A DNA stretch of 63,022 bases, filler included, from Coriobacteriales bacterium (GTDB taxonomy: Bacteria > Actinomycetota > Coriobacteriia > Coriobacteriales > UBA8131), in NCBI GenBank assembly GCA_031263105.1. It is 4 parts of 4 records of this genome, joined end to end, with 100 filler letters (N's around TTAATTAATTAA, not from the genome) between each part and the next. Parts side by side here need not be neighbours in the genome. Positions count along the whole stretch, not along the records: positions 1 to 16,079 come from JAISGJ010000075.1; positions 16,180 to 26,856 come from JAISGJ010000181.1; 2 more parts are not named here. One strand, given 5' to 3'. How positions within the stretch are numbered: the first letter of the stretch is position 1; the number at the start of each line of letters is the position of its first letter. A program made the translations under genes and the position numbers. This document shows positions 9,764 through 19,676 of this stretch, one piece after another. The notes under the pieces are model-generated. The model was not told the origin of the DNA. It searched no databases and was given only the letters and a program-made list of their open reading frames with translations.

Positions 9764-10720
9764 TCAGCGGCGGGTGTTCTCGACGAAGCGGACGGTCTTG
9801 TCCTCTGCGTTCATGACGATCGAGCTTGTGGTGACGGAGCCGTCCTCGTCGATGCGCACGCCGTCGACCATCTCGCCGTCCGTGACGCCGCAGGCAATGA
9901 AGACTGCATCGTCGGAACGCACGAGCATGTCCTGCTCGAGCACGCCGTCAAGGTCGATGCCGGTGCCCTTGACCATCGCCTCGGCGCGCGTGCGCTTCTC
10001 TGTGGCCTTCTCGTCCGAGCCGAAGTCGAAGCGTCCTTGGAAGAAGCCGTCGATGGCCTTCAGGCCCGTTGCCGCCAAGACGCCCTCGGGGGAGCCTCCG
10101 CTCCCGAGATAGAGGTCGATGCCCGTGCCGGGCACGGCTGCCGCTATCGCGCCGAACACGTCCCCGTCGTCGATGAGGCGTATCCGTGCGCCTGCGTCGC
10201 GCACGGCCTGGATGAGCGCCTTGTGGCGGTCACGCAACAGGATGCAGACGTTGACCTCTTCGGCCGGCTTCCCCAGGGCCTCGGCAACCAACCGGATGTT
10301 CTCCGCCGGCGGCTTGTCGATGTGGAGCCTGCCTTTGAGCGCAGGGCCGGCGGCTATCTTGTCCATGTAGGTGTCGGGCGCAAACAGCAAGGCGCCGCGA
10401 GGCGCCACCGCGATGGTCGTGAGGGCGTTGGGGCGGTTGTAGGCGCACAGGTTGGTGCCTTCGAGCGGATCGACCGCGATGTCGATCTCCTCGCCGCCAC
10501 GTCCCAGCTCCTCGCCTATATAGAGCATGGGCGCCTCGTCGCGCTCCCCTTCCCCTATGACGATGCGACCGGAGAAGTCGATGTTGTTGAAGGCCGTCCG
10601 CATGGCCTCGGTCGCCGCTGCGTCGGCTGCGACCTTGTCGCCACGCCCGTTCCACTTGGCAGCCTCGATGGCAGCGACCTCTGCGACTTCGAGTATCTGC
10701 ATTATGCGAGCTATCTGCAT
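9764..10720 (-). CDS. glpX: Class II fructose-1,6-bisphosphatase
   Basis: GEGERDEAPMLYIGE, DPLEGT, DGDV, GSPEGVL and GVTDG. Confidence 0.96.
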   Translation of the reverse strand: MQIARIMQILEVAEVAAIEAAKWNGRGDKVAADAAATEAMRTAFNNIDFSGRIVIGEGERDEAPMLYIGEELGRGGEEIDIAVDPLEGTNLCAYNRPNALTTIAVAPRGALLFAPDTYMDKIAAGPALKGRLHIDKPPAENIRLVAEALGKPAEEVNVCILLRDRHKALIQAVRDAGARIRLIDDGDVFGAIAAAVPGTGIDLYLGSGGSPEGVLAATGLKAIDGFFQGRFDFGSDEKATEKRTRAEAMVKGTGIDLDGVLEQDMLVRSDDAVFIACGVTDGEMVDGVRIDEDGSVTTSSIVMNAEDKTVRFVENTRR

Positions 10721-10774
10721 GGGTTCCTCCATTTCCTAGCCTGTAGCCATCATACCACGCGAAAAGCACCGACC

Positions 10775-11035
10775 CTAGAGTCTTTCCCGCCTACCCATCT
10801 CCTCGCGGAGGGCACAGGCAAGCTGGTCGGGGCAGGAGCTGGGCCTTCTGCCGCAGGGCAGGCCTTCCAGCATCTCGACGAGCTCGCTGGCCGGACGTCC
10901 CTCTGCAAGCCGGGCGACACCCGCCGCGTTGCCCGGACAGCCCCCGACGAAGCCGATGCCATGCACCCGTCCCTCGTCGTCGATCTCAAAGTCTATCTGG
11001 GTCGCACAGACCCCCTTCGTCTTGAAGCTTGGCAT
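10775..11035 (-). CDS. TSCPD-domain small protein (TIGR03905-like)
   Basis: KGVC, FVGGCPGN and CGRRPSSCPDQLA. Confidence 0.85.
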   Translation of the reverse strand: MPSFKTKGVCATQIDFEIDDEGRVHGIGFVGGCPGNAAGVARLAEGRPASELVEMLEGLPCGRRPSSCPDQLACALREEMGRRERL

Positions 11036-11079
11036 GACGCTCCCTTTCTTTTCGCGAAATCCTGTTTCTTCTCTGTTCC

Positions 11080-12480
11080 TTAAGGCACCTGTCGGCGCAC
11101 GAGCCTTGCCGCAAAGTGAGCATCGGGCGAGCCGGGGACAAGGGGCGGGCGGAACGGCTGCCCCTCCGGCTCCAAGGCAAATGCGTCGCCCTCCTTGCTG
11201 GCGAGGAAGGCCTCGACGACCTGCTCGTTCTCCTCGTTGAGGACGCTACAGGTGGAGTAGACCACCTGTCCGCCCGGCCCGATGTGGCAGGCGACCTCCT
11301 TGAGCATGGCCAGACCCTGCGCAGCCATCGCCGTGACCTTCTCGGGAGCGAGCCGCCAGCGTATCTCCGGGCGACGGCGCAGCGTGCCGGTGCCCGAGCA
11401 CGGAGCGTCGATGAGCGCGGCACCGAAGAGGCGAGGAAGCTGCCCGGTCGCAACAATGCCCTCAAGCCGCGTGGCGTCGCCGACGAGGGGCGTGACCGTC
11501 TCAAGGCGGTACGCCTTGATGCGCTCCTGGAGGATGTCCTGTTTGAAGGCATGGAGGTCGAGCGCGAACAGCGGCATCTGCTGCCCGTGCAGGCGCAGGG
11601 CGTTGTGCTGCAGCAGGACGGTCTTGGTGCCGCGCCCGCTCCCCACCTCAAGGAAGGGGAGACCGGTCGGGGCGGTCGGGGCGGCGACGTGCCCAGCCGG
11701 GGACACAGGCAACGCAGGCGGCAGAGCGCGAAGCACGACCTCCTGCACCGAGGCATCGGCGATGATGCACTCCCCTGCCTCGATACGCGGCAGCCAGACG
11801 GGAAGCTCCGCAGGGACGACGCAGTGCACCGTACCCTGCACAAGCTCGATAACGAAGAGGGGCGCCGGAAGGTTGGAGGCTGTCATGAATTCCGTCGCCT
11901 GGCTCCAGCCCAGGTCGGCAACAAGGCGGTCGGCGAGCCACAAGGGGAAGGCCTCCTGGTGCGCAAGGGCCTCCAAGTCGCTGCCAGGGTCGCCGAAAGG
12001 GAAGTCCGCGCCGAACCTCGTTATCGTGCGCAGCGTCTTGTTGGCAAAGCCAGCGGCGTAGGGGTCGATGCTGCGAGCCAGCTCGACTCCTTGGCTCACC
12101 ACGCAATACGACTCCTTGTGCAGAAAAATCAGTTCATAGACGCTGATACGGAAGGCGTCGCGCATCTTCGGCCTCACGCGAGTTCCCTGGGTCACAGCAC
12201 GGTCGATGATGCAGTCGAGCTCTCCGAGGCAGGCAAGCACCCCCTGTATAAGGAGGGCGGCGAAGTCGCGCTCCTCCTGGGGAATGTCTGCGTTGCGCAC
12301 CTGCGCATCGATGAGCGGCTGGGCGTAGGCATCGCGCTTGCGGATCTGCGCGAGAACCTCGAGGGCGAGGTGCCGTGCAGGGGTTGCCTTCGTTTTGTGT
12401 TCCGAACCAGAAGGCTGTTTGGCCACCTGCCGCTTCAGATCCGAATGTTTGGGGCTTCCCCATTTCCTCGGATGCGTCAT
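11080..12480 (-). CDS. rsmB: RsmB/Sun RNA m5C methyltransferase with NusB-like N-terminal domain
   Basis: GSGRGTKT, DAPCSGTG and YSTCS..EENE; follows def-fmt. Confidence 0.85.
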   Translation of the reverse strand: MTHPRKWGSPKHSDLKRQVAKQPSGSEHKTKATPARHLALEVLAQIRKRDAYAQPLIDAQVRNADIPQEERDFAALLIQGVLACLGELDCIIDRAVTQGTRVRPKMRDAFRISVYELIFLHKESYCVVSQGVELARSIDPYAAGFANKTLRTITRFGADFPFGDPGSDLEALAHQEAFPLWLADRLVADLGWSQATEFMTASNLPAPLFVIELVQGTVHCVVPAELPVWLPRIEAGECIIADASVQEVVLRALPPALPVSPAGHVAAPTAPTGLPFLEVGSGRGTKTVLLQHNALRLHGQQMPLFALDLHAFKQDILQERIKAYRLETVTPLVGDATRLEGIVATGQLPRLFGAALIDAPCSGTGTLRRRPEIRWRLAPEKVTAMAAQGLAMLKEVACHIGPGGQVVYSTCSVLNEENEQVVEAFLASKEGDAFALEPEGQPFRPPLVPGSPDAHFAARLVRRQVP

Positions 12481-13640
12481 GCGGGGTCACGCCCCCAAGT
12501 CGCAGCCGCATGGCCGGACGGAGCGATGCCCGCCGAGGCTTTGCCTTGGGCCTGCTGGGCCTGCTGGCCCCCCAGGGCCCGGTCCTGGAACTCCTTGATG
12601 CCGAGCGCAAAAGCGGCTGCGGGCATCTCCTTCTTCCCGTCGGGCTTGAGGGCGACAAGCTCAAAGGCGCCGTCGGCAGCAAAGAGGACGAGCCGCCCCT
12701 CAAGGAACACTGCGGTGCCCTGTGGGAGAAGTGCGCCACGCACGGGCCTCGCCTGCTCTCCCGCTTCCACAGCCGTTACCGGACGACCGGCCAGCACGCA
12801 CCGGGCAGGGGCCTGAGAGGTCGAGGCACGTATCCTTCGCAGGTTCGTTGCCGCCGTGTCCGCAGGGTCGAGCGCAAGCTCGCGCTTCCCGACCTTCTCC
12901 GCATACGTCACCTGGGCCTCGTCCTGCTCCTGCCAAGGCGCATCGCCGGCAGCGATGCGCGGCAGGGCGTCCATCAGCAGCCCCGCGCCGAGCACGGCCA
13001 GCTCGCAGGTCAGCTCGCGGGCATCCTTCCCCGCAACAGGCGTCGAGGCCGCAGCGCAGAAGGGGCCCGTGTCGAGCCCCTCCTCCATCCGCATGATGCA
13101 CACACCCGCCCGCTCGTCGCCTGCGAGGATGGCGCGTTGGATGGGGGCGGCCCCCCGCCAACGCGGCAGCAGGGAGGCATGGATGTTGACGCAGCCGTAC
13201 CGGGGAAGTTCGAGCACCTGCCTGGGAAGGATCGCGCCGTATGCGGCAACAACGATGAAGTCCGGCCCTGCTGCCGCGATACGCGCGAGAAGTTCGGCAT
13301 CGACAAGCCGCTCGCCGCGCATGTTGAACAGCGGCACCTTCCCTTGGCCCTCCTCGCGGCCCTCTGTGCTGCCCCGCGCCGCGCCGCCCGTCCCCGCCGC
13401 ACCGCCTGCCGCTGCGTCGCCTTCCGCCGTGCGAAAGAAGCTGCGGGGCCGCAGGCAGGGGATGCCCAGCTCTTCGGCGCACCGGGCGACGGGCGAGGGC
13501 AACGGCGTCTTGCCGCGCCCCGAGGCGGCATCAGGGCGGGTGAGGACGAGCGGCACTGCAAAAGGCCCGCCCTTGTCCCCAGCCAAGGCCCGCAAGGCCG
13601 GAAGGGCGAAGGAGGGAGTGCCCGCGAAAACGACGTTCAT
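12477..13640 (-). CDS. fmt: Methionyl-tRNA formyltransferase with an Ala/Gly-rich insertion
   Basis: FAGTPSFA, NIHASLLPRWRGAAPI and GLDTGP. Confidence 0.95.
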   Translation of the reverse strand: MNVVFAGTPSFALPALRALAGDKGGPFAVPLVLTRPDAASGRGKTPLPSPVARCAEELGIPCLRPRSFFRTAEGDAAAGGAAGTGGAARGSTEGREEGQGKVPLFNMRGERLVDAELLARIAAAGPDFIVVAAYGAILPRQVLELPRYGCVNIHASLLPRWRGAAPIQRAILAGDERAGVCIMRMEEGLDTGPFCAAASTPVAGKDARELTCELAVLGAGLLMDALPRIAAGDAPWQEQDEAQVTYAEKVGKRELALDPADTAATNLRRIRASTSQAPARCVLAGRPVTAVEAGEQARPVRGALLPQGTAVFLEGRLVLFAADGAFELVALKPDGKKEMPAAAFALGIKEFQDRALGGQQAQQAQGKASAGIAPSGHAAATWGRDPA

Positions 13641-14278
13641 GAGCCTTGGTGCGACTTGGCGGGAGCAGACGGCCCTGCGGGGGCCGCGTCTGCGAGGGCA
13701 GGGGCGGACGGCTTCGCAGGCGCGCCCTTGGGCTGCTCGACGCTCGTGTCCCCCGGCCTTGCGCCGGCCTTGAGGGCGGCCTCGTACTCCTTGAGCGCCT
13801 CGATGCGCTCGATGGGGTCGAGGTGCTCGAACATCGTCTTGCCCTCGAGGTGGTCGATCTCGTGCTGGAGCGCACGCGCGAAGAAGCCCTCCGCCTCGAC
13901 GGCAAAGGGCTTGCCCTCAAGGTCGAGCGCCTCCACCTCGACGGTGCCGAAGCGCTCGATGGGAATCTGGATGCCGGGGATGGACAGGCAGCCCTCCTCG
14001 CAGACCTCCTTCTCGCCCCCCTGGCGCGTTATGACGGGGTTGATGAACACGAGGGGCTTCTTGTCGCGGACCTCCCCCTCGTCGTCCGGCTTCGTGACGT
14101 CGATGACGACGAGCCGCTTGGCGATGCCGACCTGCGGCGCGGCAAGGCCGCAGCCCTGGCTCCTGTACATGAGCTTCGCCATCTGCTTGACCGTGGAACG
14201 GAGCTTCTTGATCTCGTCAGGCGCAACCGGCTGGCACGTCTCGCGCAAGGCCGGATGAGGCGCAACGAGTATGCGCAT
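13637..14278 (-). CDS. def: Peptide deformylase
   Basis: GCGLAAPQ, EGCLS and QHEIDHLEG. Confidence 0.97.
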   Translation of the reverse strand: MRILVAPHPALRETCQPVAPDEIKKLRSTVKQMAKLMYRSQGCGLAAPQVGIAKRLVVIDVTKPDDEGEVRDKKPLVFINPVITRQGGEKEVCEEGCLSIPGIQIPIERFGTVEVEALDLEGKPFAVEAEGFFARALQHEIDHLEGKTMFEHLDPIERIEALKEYEAALKAGARPGDTSVEQPKGAPAKPSAPALADAAPAGPSAPAKSHQGS

Positions 14279-14310
14279 GGTCTTGTCCCTACCCTACCGT
14301 GGCTCCGGCC

Positions 14311-15051
14311 CTACTGCGCCAGAAGCTCGTCCAGTCGACGGTTGACGAGTTGCGCAAGGAAGACCTGCATCGGCTCGACGCGGGGGTTGCCATCGAGCCC
14401 GTCATAGGCGTTGATCGCCTCGAAGTACGCCTGGCGGTCGTCGAGGGTGACGATGACGGGCGGATAGTCGAGCTGCTCGAGCATGATGTTGATGATGATG
14501 CGGCCGACACGGCCGTTGCCGTCGCCGAAGGGATGGATCTTCTCAAGCCGAAGGTGGAAGAACGCGATGCTCTCAAGGGGATGCCTGTTCTCCGAGGGCT
14601 TGGCCTCGCAGATCTGGAGCATCTTGTAGGGAACCTTCTCATACGAGGTGGGCCGGTGCCCATGGATCATGAGGTTGTAGTTGCGGTACTCGCCGCCGGC
14701 CTCCTGCTGGTCGATGAGCATCTTGGCGTGCAGCCGTTTGACCTCGTGCTCCGTGATGCGGGTGTTCTCGCTCACGTAGCGCTGCCCCAGCCGCAGGGCG
14801 TCGCGGTACCCAAGGACGGCAACGTGGTCGGAGAACGGCTTGCCCTCGACGACCTCGTTTGCCGCAAGGACGCGCTCGACATCCTGGCGCGTGAGTTTGT
14901 TGCCCTCTATCGCGTTCGAACAATAGATGCCCTCATACAGGAATCGCTCCCGGCACGCCTCTGCGTCCTCAGGAGCGAGTGCCGGCCTTACGCCAAGTTC
15001 GGCCTTCTTCCTATCGACTTCCCGGAGAAGCACATCCAGATCATCGCTCAC
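14311..15051 (-). CDS. Fic-family AMPylase with N-terminal inhibitory motif (class II-like)
   Basis: HPFGDGNGRVGR catalytic loop; SNAIEGN inhibitory motif; GTG start after GGGAGA. Confidence 0.9.
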   Translation of the reverse strand: MSDDLDVLLREVDRKKAELGVRPALAPEDAEACRERFLYEGIYCSNAIEGNKLTRQDVERVLAANEVVEGKPFSDHVAVLGYRDALRLGQRYVSENTRITEHEVKRLHAKMLIDQQEAGGEYRNYNLMIHGHRPTSYEKVPYKMLQICEAKPSENRHPLESIAFFHLRLEKIHPFGDGNGRVGRIIINIMLEQLDYPPVIVTLDDRQAYFEAINAYDGLDGNPRVEPMQVFLAQLVNRRLDELLAQ

Positions 15052-15208
15052 TGCGGTCTCCCTTCGTACAACGACTGAGGCACGCGCCGCCATGCGTTCT
15101 GCCCTCATATCTACGCTGCTCCCATTGTAACGGCTTTGCCCTCCACGTGGGAGCTATGATTGCGAAGTTTTACGGCCTGTGGGAGAAGCGTGATAAAATA
15201 GAGGCATT

Positions 15209-15982
15209 ATGAGCGGAAACGGGAAGGCAAGCGCCTCTATAGTCACCTTCAACAACCTCGCCCACGTTACCGAGCTCTTGGGCTCGATGCGGCGCTGCCT
15301 CGACCTCCAAAAGCTGGACGTCTTCATGAGCGACAACGCCTCCAGCGACGGCACGGTGGAGTTCGTCGAGGAGCGATACCCACAGATACGAGTGCTGCGC
15401 AACCCACGGAACCTCGGGTTCGGCGCGGCCCACAACCAGGTGCTGCCCCTGTTGCATTCGCAGTATCACGTGCTGATAAACCCCGACATCGTCTTTGTGG
15501 AGGATGCCCTCGCTCCCCTCTTCGCCTATCTCGACGACCACCCCGACGTGGCGATGGTCACCCCCTGCATACGCAACCCCGACGGCAGCGTGCAGGAGCT
15601 CCCACGCCTGCGTCCGCGCCTGAAGTACCTGCTCGCACGCAGGTTCGAGGGGCACTTTGCCTGGGCCAGGCACCTCTGCCGCGAGTATGTGCGTGCCGAC
15701 GAGCGCTTTGAGGAGCCGACCGACATAGAGACCTGCACCGGCAGCTTCTGCGTGATCCGCACCGAGGTGTTCGAGCGGATAGGCGGCTTCGACGAGCGCT
15801 TCTTCCTCTACTTCGAGGACAACGACCTCAGCGAGCGAGCGAGCGAGTACGGACGCCTCGTCCTCTGCCCCCAGACACAGGTGATCCACCACTACCAACG
15901 CGCCGCCATGGTCAGCCGCCGCGCCCTAGCCTCCCAGATACGCTCCATGGTCCGCTACTTCAACAAGTACGGCTGGCGCTGA
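15209..15982 (+). CDS. Glycosyltransferase family 2 (WbbL/rhamnosyltransferase-like)
   Basis: DNASSDG, NLGFGAAHN, NPD and GGFDERFFLYFEDND. Confidence 0.9.
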   Translation: MSGNGKASASIVTFNNLAHVTELLGSMRRCLDLQKLDVFMSDNASSDGTVEFVEERYPQIRVLRNPRNLGFGAAHNQVLPLLHSQYHVLINPDIVFVEDALAPLFAYLDDHPDVAMVTPCIRNPDGSVQELPRLRPRLKYLLARRFEGHFAWARHLCREYVRADERFEEPTDIETCTGSFCVIRTEVFERIGGFDERFFLYFEDNDLSERASEYGRLVLCPQTQVIHHYQRAAMVSRRALASQIRSMVRYFNKYGWR

Positions 15983-16010
15983 ACGAGCCGGGCAGCACAG
16001 GAGAACGCAG

Positions 16011-16179
<169 letters not shown>

Positions 16180-18847
16180 CCACAGGCGCGCTCTGGTCAC
16201 CGAGGGTCCGAGGGACGGTGACCGTGCCGTCGTTGCCCTCATAGTCGGTGACGTAGGCGCCGTCCCCGTACTCCGCCGCATCGCCGCTCCGAATCTCGTA
16301 GATAAGGCCGCTCTGCACCCGCACCTGCGGCAGGACCCTCTCCTCCCCAAAGAGGCCGACAAGGGTGGCTGTGTCGGTGTCATTGATGCGGTTGTTGCGG
16401 CAGGCGAAGTAGTCGGGGTCCAAGTACTCGGGGTCGTCCGAACCCCAGTAAGCAATCAGCGCGGTGCAGCCGGTCACATCCAGTGCCGCAAGCTTGTTGT
16501 CTGAGCAGTTCAGGGAGGTCAGCGCGGCACAGCCGGTCACAGCAAGCGAGGTGAGTCCGTTGCCATCGCAGTACAGCGAGCGCAGCAAGGCCCTGTTGGC
16601 CACGTTCAGCGTGACGAGGTCGTTGTAGGAGCAGGAGAGGTAGGTCAGCGCAGGATTGTTGGCGAGGTTCAGCGCGGTGAGGCTGTTGGAGGAGCAGAGG
16701 AGGCGTTCCAGCAAGGTGAGGGTGCCCACGTCCAGTGTGGCGAGGCTGTTGGAGGCGCAGTACAGTTCGGTCAAAGCGGTGTTGTTGGCCACGTTCAGCG
16801 TACCGAGATAGTAGTTGTAGGAGCAGTCCAGGTAGGTCAGCGCGGTGTTGCTATTCACATCAAGCGCATTGAGATTGGTGCTGGAACAGTCCAGGTGCTT
16901 CAGCTTGGTGTTACCGCTCACGTTCAATGTGTCGATGCCGACACTGGAGCAGTTCAGATACTCCAGATTGGTGTTGCTGCCTACGTTCAGCGTGTCGAGG
17001 TTCCAGTTCCAAGAGCAGCTCAGGTAGGTCAGCGCGGTGCAATTGGAGAGGTTCAGCGCGGCGAGCTTGTTGTCGGAGCAGTTCAAGTACTTCAGGTTGG
17101 CGTTGCCGCTCACGTTCAACGCGGTCAGGTCGTTGCTCCACAGATTGACGGAGACTACAGGTGTGTTCTGGGCACCGAGGGTCGCAGGGACGGTGACCGC
17201 CTTGCCCTCACCCTCGTAGCCGGTGACGTAGGCTCCGGGGCCGTACTCGCCGTCGTACTCGCCGCCGCTGCGAACCTCGTAGACGAGGCCGTTCGCCATC
17301 TGCACCTGCGGCAGGACATTCTCCTCCCCAAAGTAGCCGATGAGGGCCGTGGTGTCGGCGATGCGGTTGTAGCGGCAGCTGAAGTAGCCGCGCTGCTCGG
17401 GGTCGATCAGCGCGGTGCAGCCGGTCACGTCCAGCGCCGTGAGCTTGTTGCTGTAGCAGTCGAGGTAGGTCAGCGCGGTGTAGCCGGTCACGTTCAGCGA
17501 GGTAAGCTTGTTGTTGGCGCAGTCCAGCGAAACGAGCGCGACCCCGCTTGGCAGGCTCAGCGTGTCGAGGTCGTTGCCGTAACAGTCCAGATGGGCCAGA
17601 TTGATGAGGGCGCCCACGTCCAAGGCGGTAAGGCGGTTATAGGGGCAGCGTAGCTCGGTCAACCCTATAGTACTGTTCAAGGCCAGCGTATCGAGGTTGT
17701 TATTGGAGCAGTCCAAATAGGTGAGATTGATGAGGGCGCCCACGTCCAAGGTGGCGAGACCGTTGTTGGAGCAACTCAAATGGGTCAGCGAGGTGAGGGC
17801 GCCCACGTCCAGCGTGTCGAGGTCCCAGTTCCAAGAGCAGTCCAGGTAGTCCAGCGGGGCGCTGCTGGGCAGGGTCAGCGAGGTGAGGCTGCTGTTCGCG
17901 CAGTCCAGGTAGGTCAGCGAGGTGAGGGCGCTCACGTCCAGCGTGCCGAGGGAGTAGTTGTAGGAGCAGTCCAGGTAGGCCAGCGGGGCGCTGCTGGGCA
18001 GGGTCAGCGTGCTGAGGTCGTTTCCTTCGCAGTTCAGGTAGGCCAGGCTGGTGCAGGCGCTCACATCCAGAGAGGTCAGTACGTCCGCCAGCTCTTCCTC
18101 GGGCAGACTGACGGAGACCACGTTCTGCCCGCCGAGGGTCTGAGGGACGGTGACCTCGGTGACCTCGCCCTCGTAGCCGATGACGTAGGCGCCGGCACCG
18201 TAGTCCGCCTCCCCGTCGCCGCCGCTGCGAATCTCATAGACGAGCTTCGTCGTATCGTCTGTCTGCTCCGCTCCCATCGGCTTAAGCGACTTCGCATCCG
18301 CCTCCGGTTTGGACGCAGGGGCCGCCTTGGAGGCATCGCCAGTGGAGGATGTGCCGTCTGTGTCACTCTTGGCATCGATACCGGTGCTGGAGACCTCGGT
18401 GCCGTCAGGGATCCCACCTTCAGAGGGCACAGGCTCATCGGGACCCACCGTCCCATCGGGAACCACCGCCTCGTCAGATGCCGCAGGCCCGTCAGGCACT
18501 GTCGCGTCGCCAGGCAGCCCGGCCTCGTCGGCCTCGGAGGCATCGCCTTCGACAGCGGCATCCTCGGCGACGGCTTCCTCCGCATCGGCGGCAGGCCCGG
18601 TGTTCTCCCCTGCATCGGCGGCCACATCCGGCCCTGCGTCGGCGGTCGCATCCGTGTCAGCAACCGCATCCGTCTCGACACCCGAGGCAGCACCCTGCCC
18701 GGCGCCGGCGGCTGCATCGGCAGCAACGTCCGCCTCCGCTCCGAAGGCCGCAGACAGGCCGCTCAAGGAGAAGGCCAACGCAACCGCCAGAAGACCGGCG
18801 AGCCCCTTGCGCAACGCAGCCCGAGTACGTGTCATGGTACGCGTCAT
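16180..18847 (-). CDS. Secreted/surface leucine-rich-repeat protein, truncated at its 3' end by the contig break
   Basis: Signal peptide, acidic Ala-rich linker, 21-22-aa LxxLxCxxNxLxxLDV repeats in repeated capped modules. Confidence 0.88.
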
Positions 18848-18967
18848 GGTAGATCCCCGTTCTTCGTCGCGCCCCTCGGTGGGGCTGCCCCATAGAGGCA
18901 CCGACCGCACGCACCCTGACGCGCGAACGACCGGCACCTCCCTAGCACCGCACATCGTTCCTGACGC

Positions 18968-19000
18968 ATTATACTGTATATAAGGCCCTTACTCTGTCAC
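18968..19000 (-). promoter_or_regulatory. Predicted sigma70 promoter of the first LRR gene
   Basis: Minus strand GTGACA-N16-TACAGT overlapping TATAAT (18968-18973). Confidence 0.6.
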
Positions 19001-19035
19001 GAGGCTCGATTGCGACCACTTCGACGACCTCGGCC

Positions 19036-19342
19036 GTTACAGTTCACACCCCCACTGTCATTCCGAGCCCCGCCGAGGAATCTTTGGACACGCAGTGTCC
19101 AACGGCAGGTCAGGGGACCCTTCGACCTGCGGTCGACCGCTTACGCGGTCGAGGATCCCTCGACAGGCTCGGGATGACAGTGGGGCTCGGGATGACAGTG
19201 GGGCTCGGGATGACAGTGGGGGTCGGGATGACAGTGGGGCCCGGGATGACAGTGGGGGTCGGGATGACAGTGGGGCCCGGGATGACAGTGGGGCCCGGGA
19301 TGACAGTGGGGCTCGGGATGACAGTGGGGTGTGAGCAGTAAC
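19036..19342. mobile_element. GTTAC/GTAAC MITE with 8-bp TSD CCTCGGCC
   Basis: Ends GTTACAGTTCACACCCCCACTGTCAT / ATGACAGTGGGGTGTGAGCAGTAAC; TSD at 19028-19035 and 19343-19350. Confidence 0.92.
19166..19327. repeat. 9 x 18-bp tandem array inside the MITE
   Basis: Unit GG(C/G)(T/C)CGGGATGACAGTGG with no spacers. Confidence 0.92.
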
Positions 19343-19676
19343 CCTCGGCCTTGTCTTCAAGAATCCTGATTCAGCCTCGCAGTCGTGAGTTGGGACGGGC
19401 AGAGCAGAGGAGACGGGAAGCATGACATACAGCTCCTGCGCCTTTGTCGGCGGCAGCCTCTTGACCAGCTCCAACAATGCAGAGTCCGTCATTTTCCTCG
19501 CCTCCTTCTCGAAACTCGTGCGGTAACCACTGGAACTGACAGTATGCCAGCTAGCGCGACAATACGCGTACCCGCAGCTTGGACAGACCGACATCGCCGA
19601 GACGTCCCGTCGATCGTCGAGCGAGCGGCATTCCTTCTCGACCGCCTTGCCGCAGAGCCGAACGCCCGTTCAAACG

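Noticed and set aside
19166..19327. CRISPR array
   Set aside because: Contiguous 18-bp units with no unique spacers, inside a MITE; no cas genes in the window.
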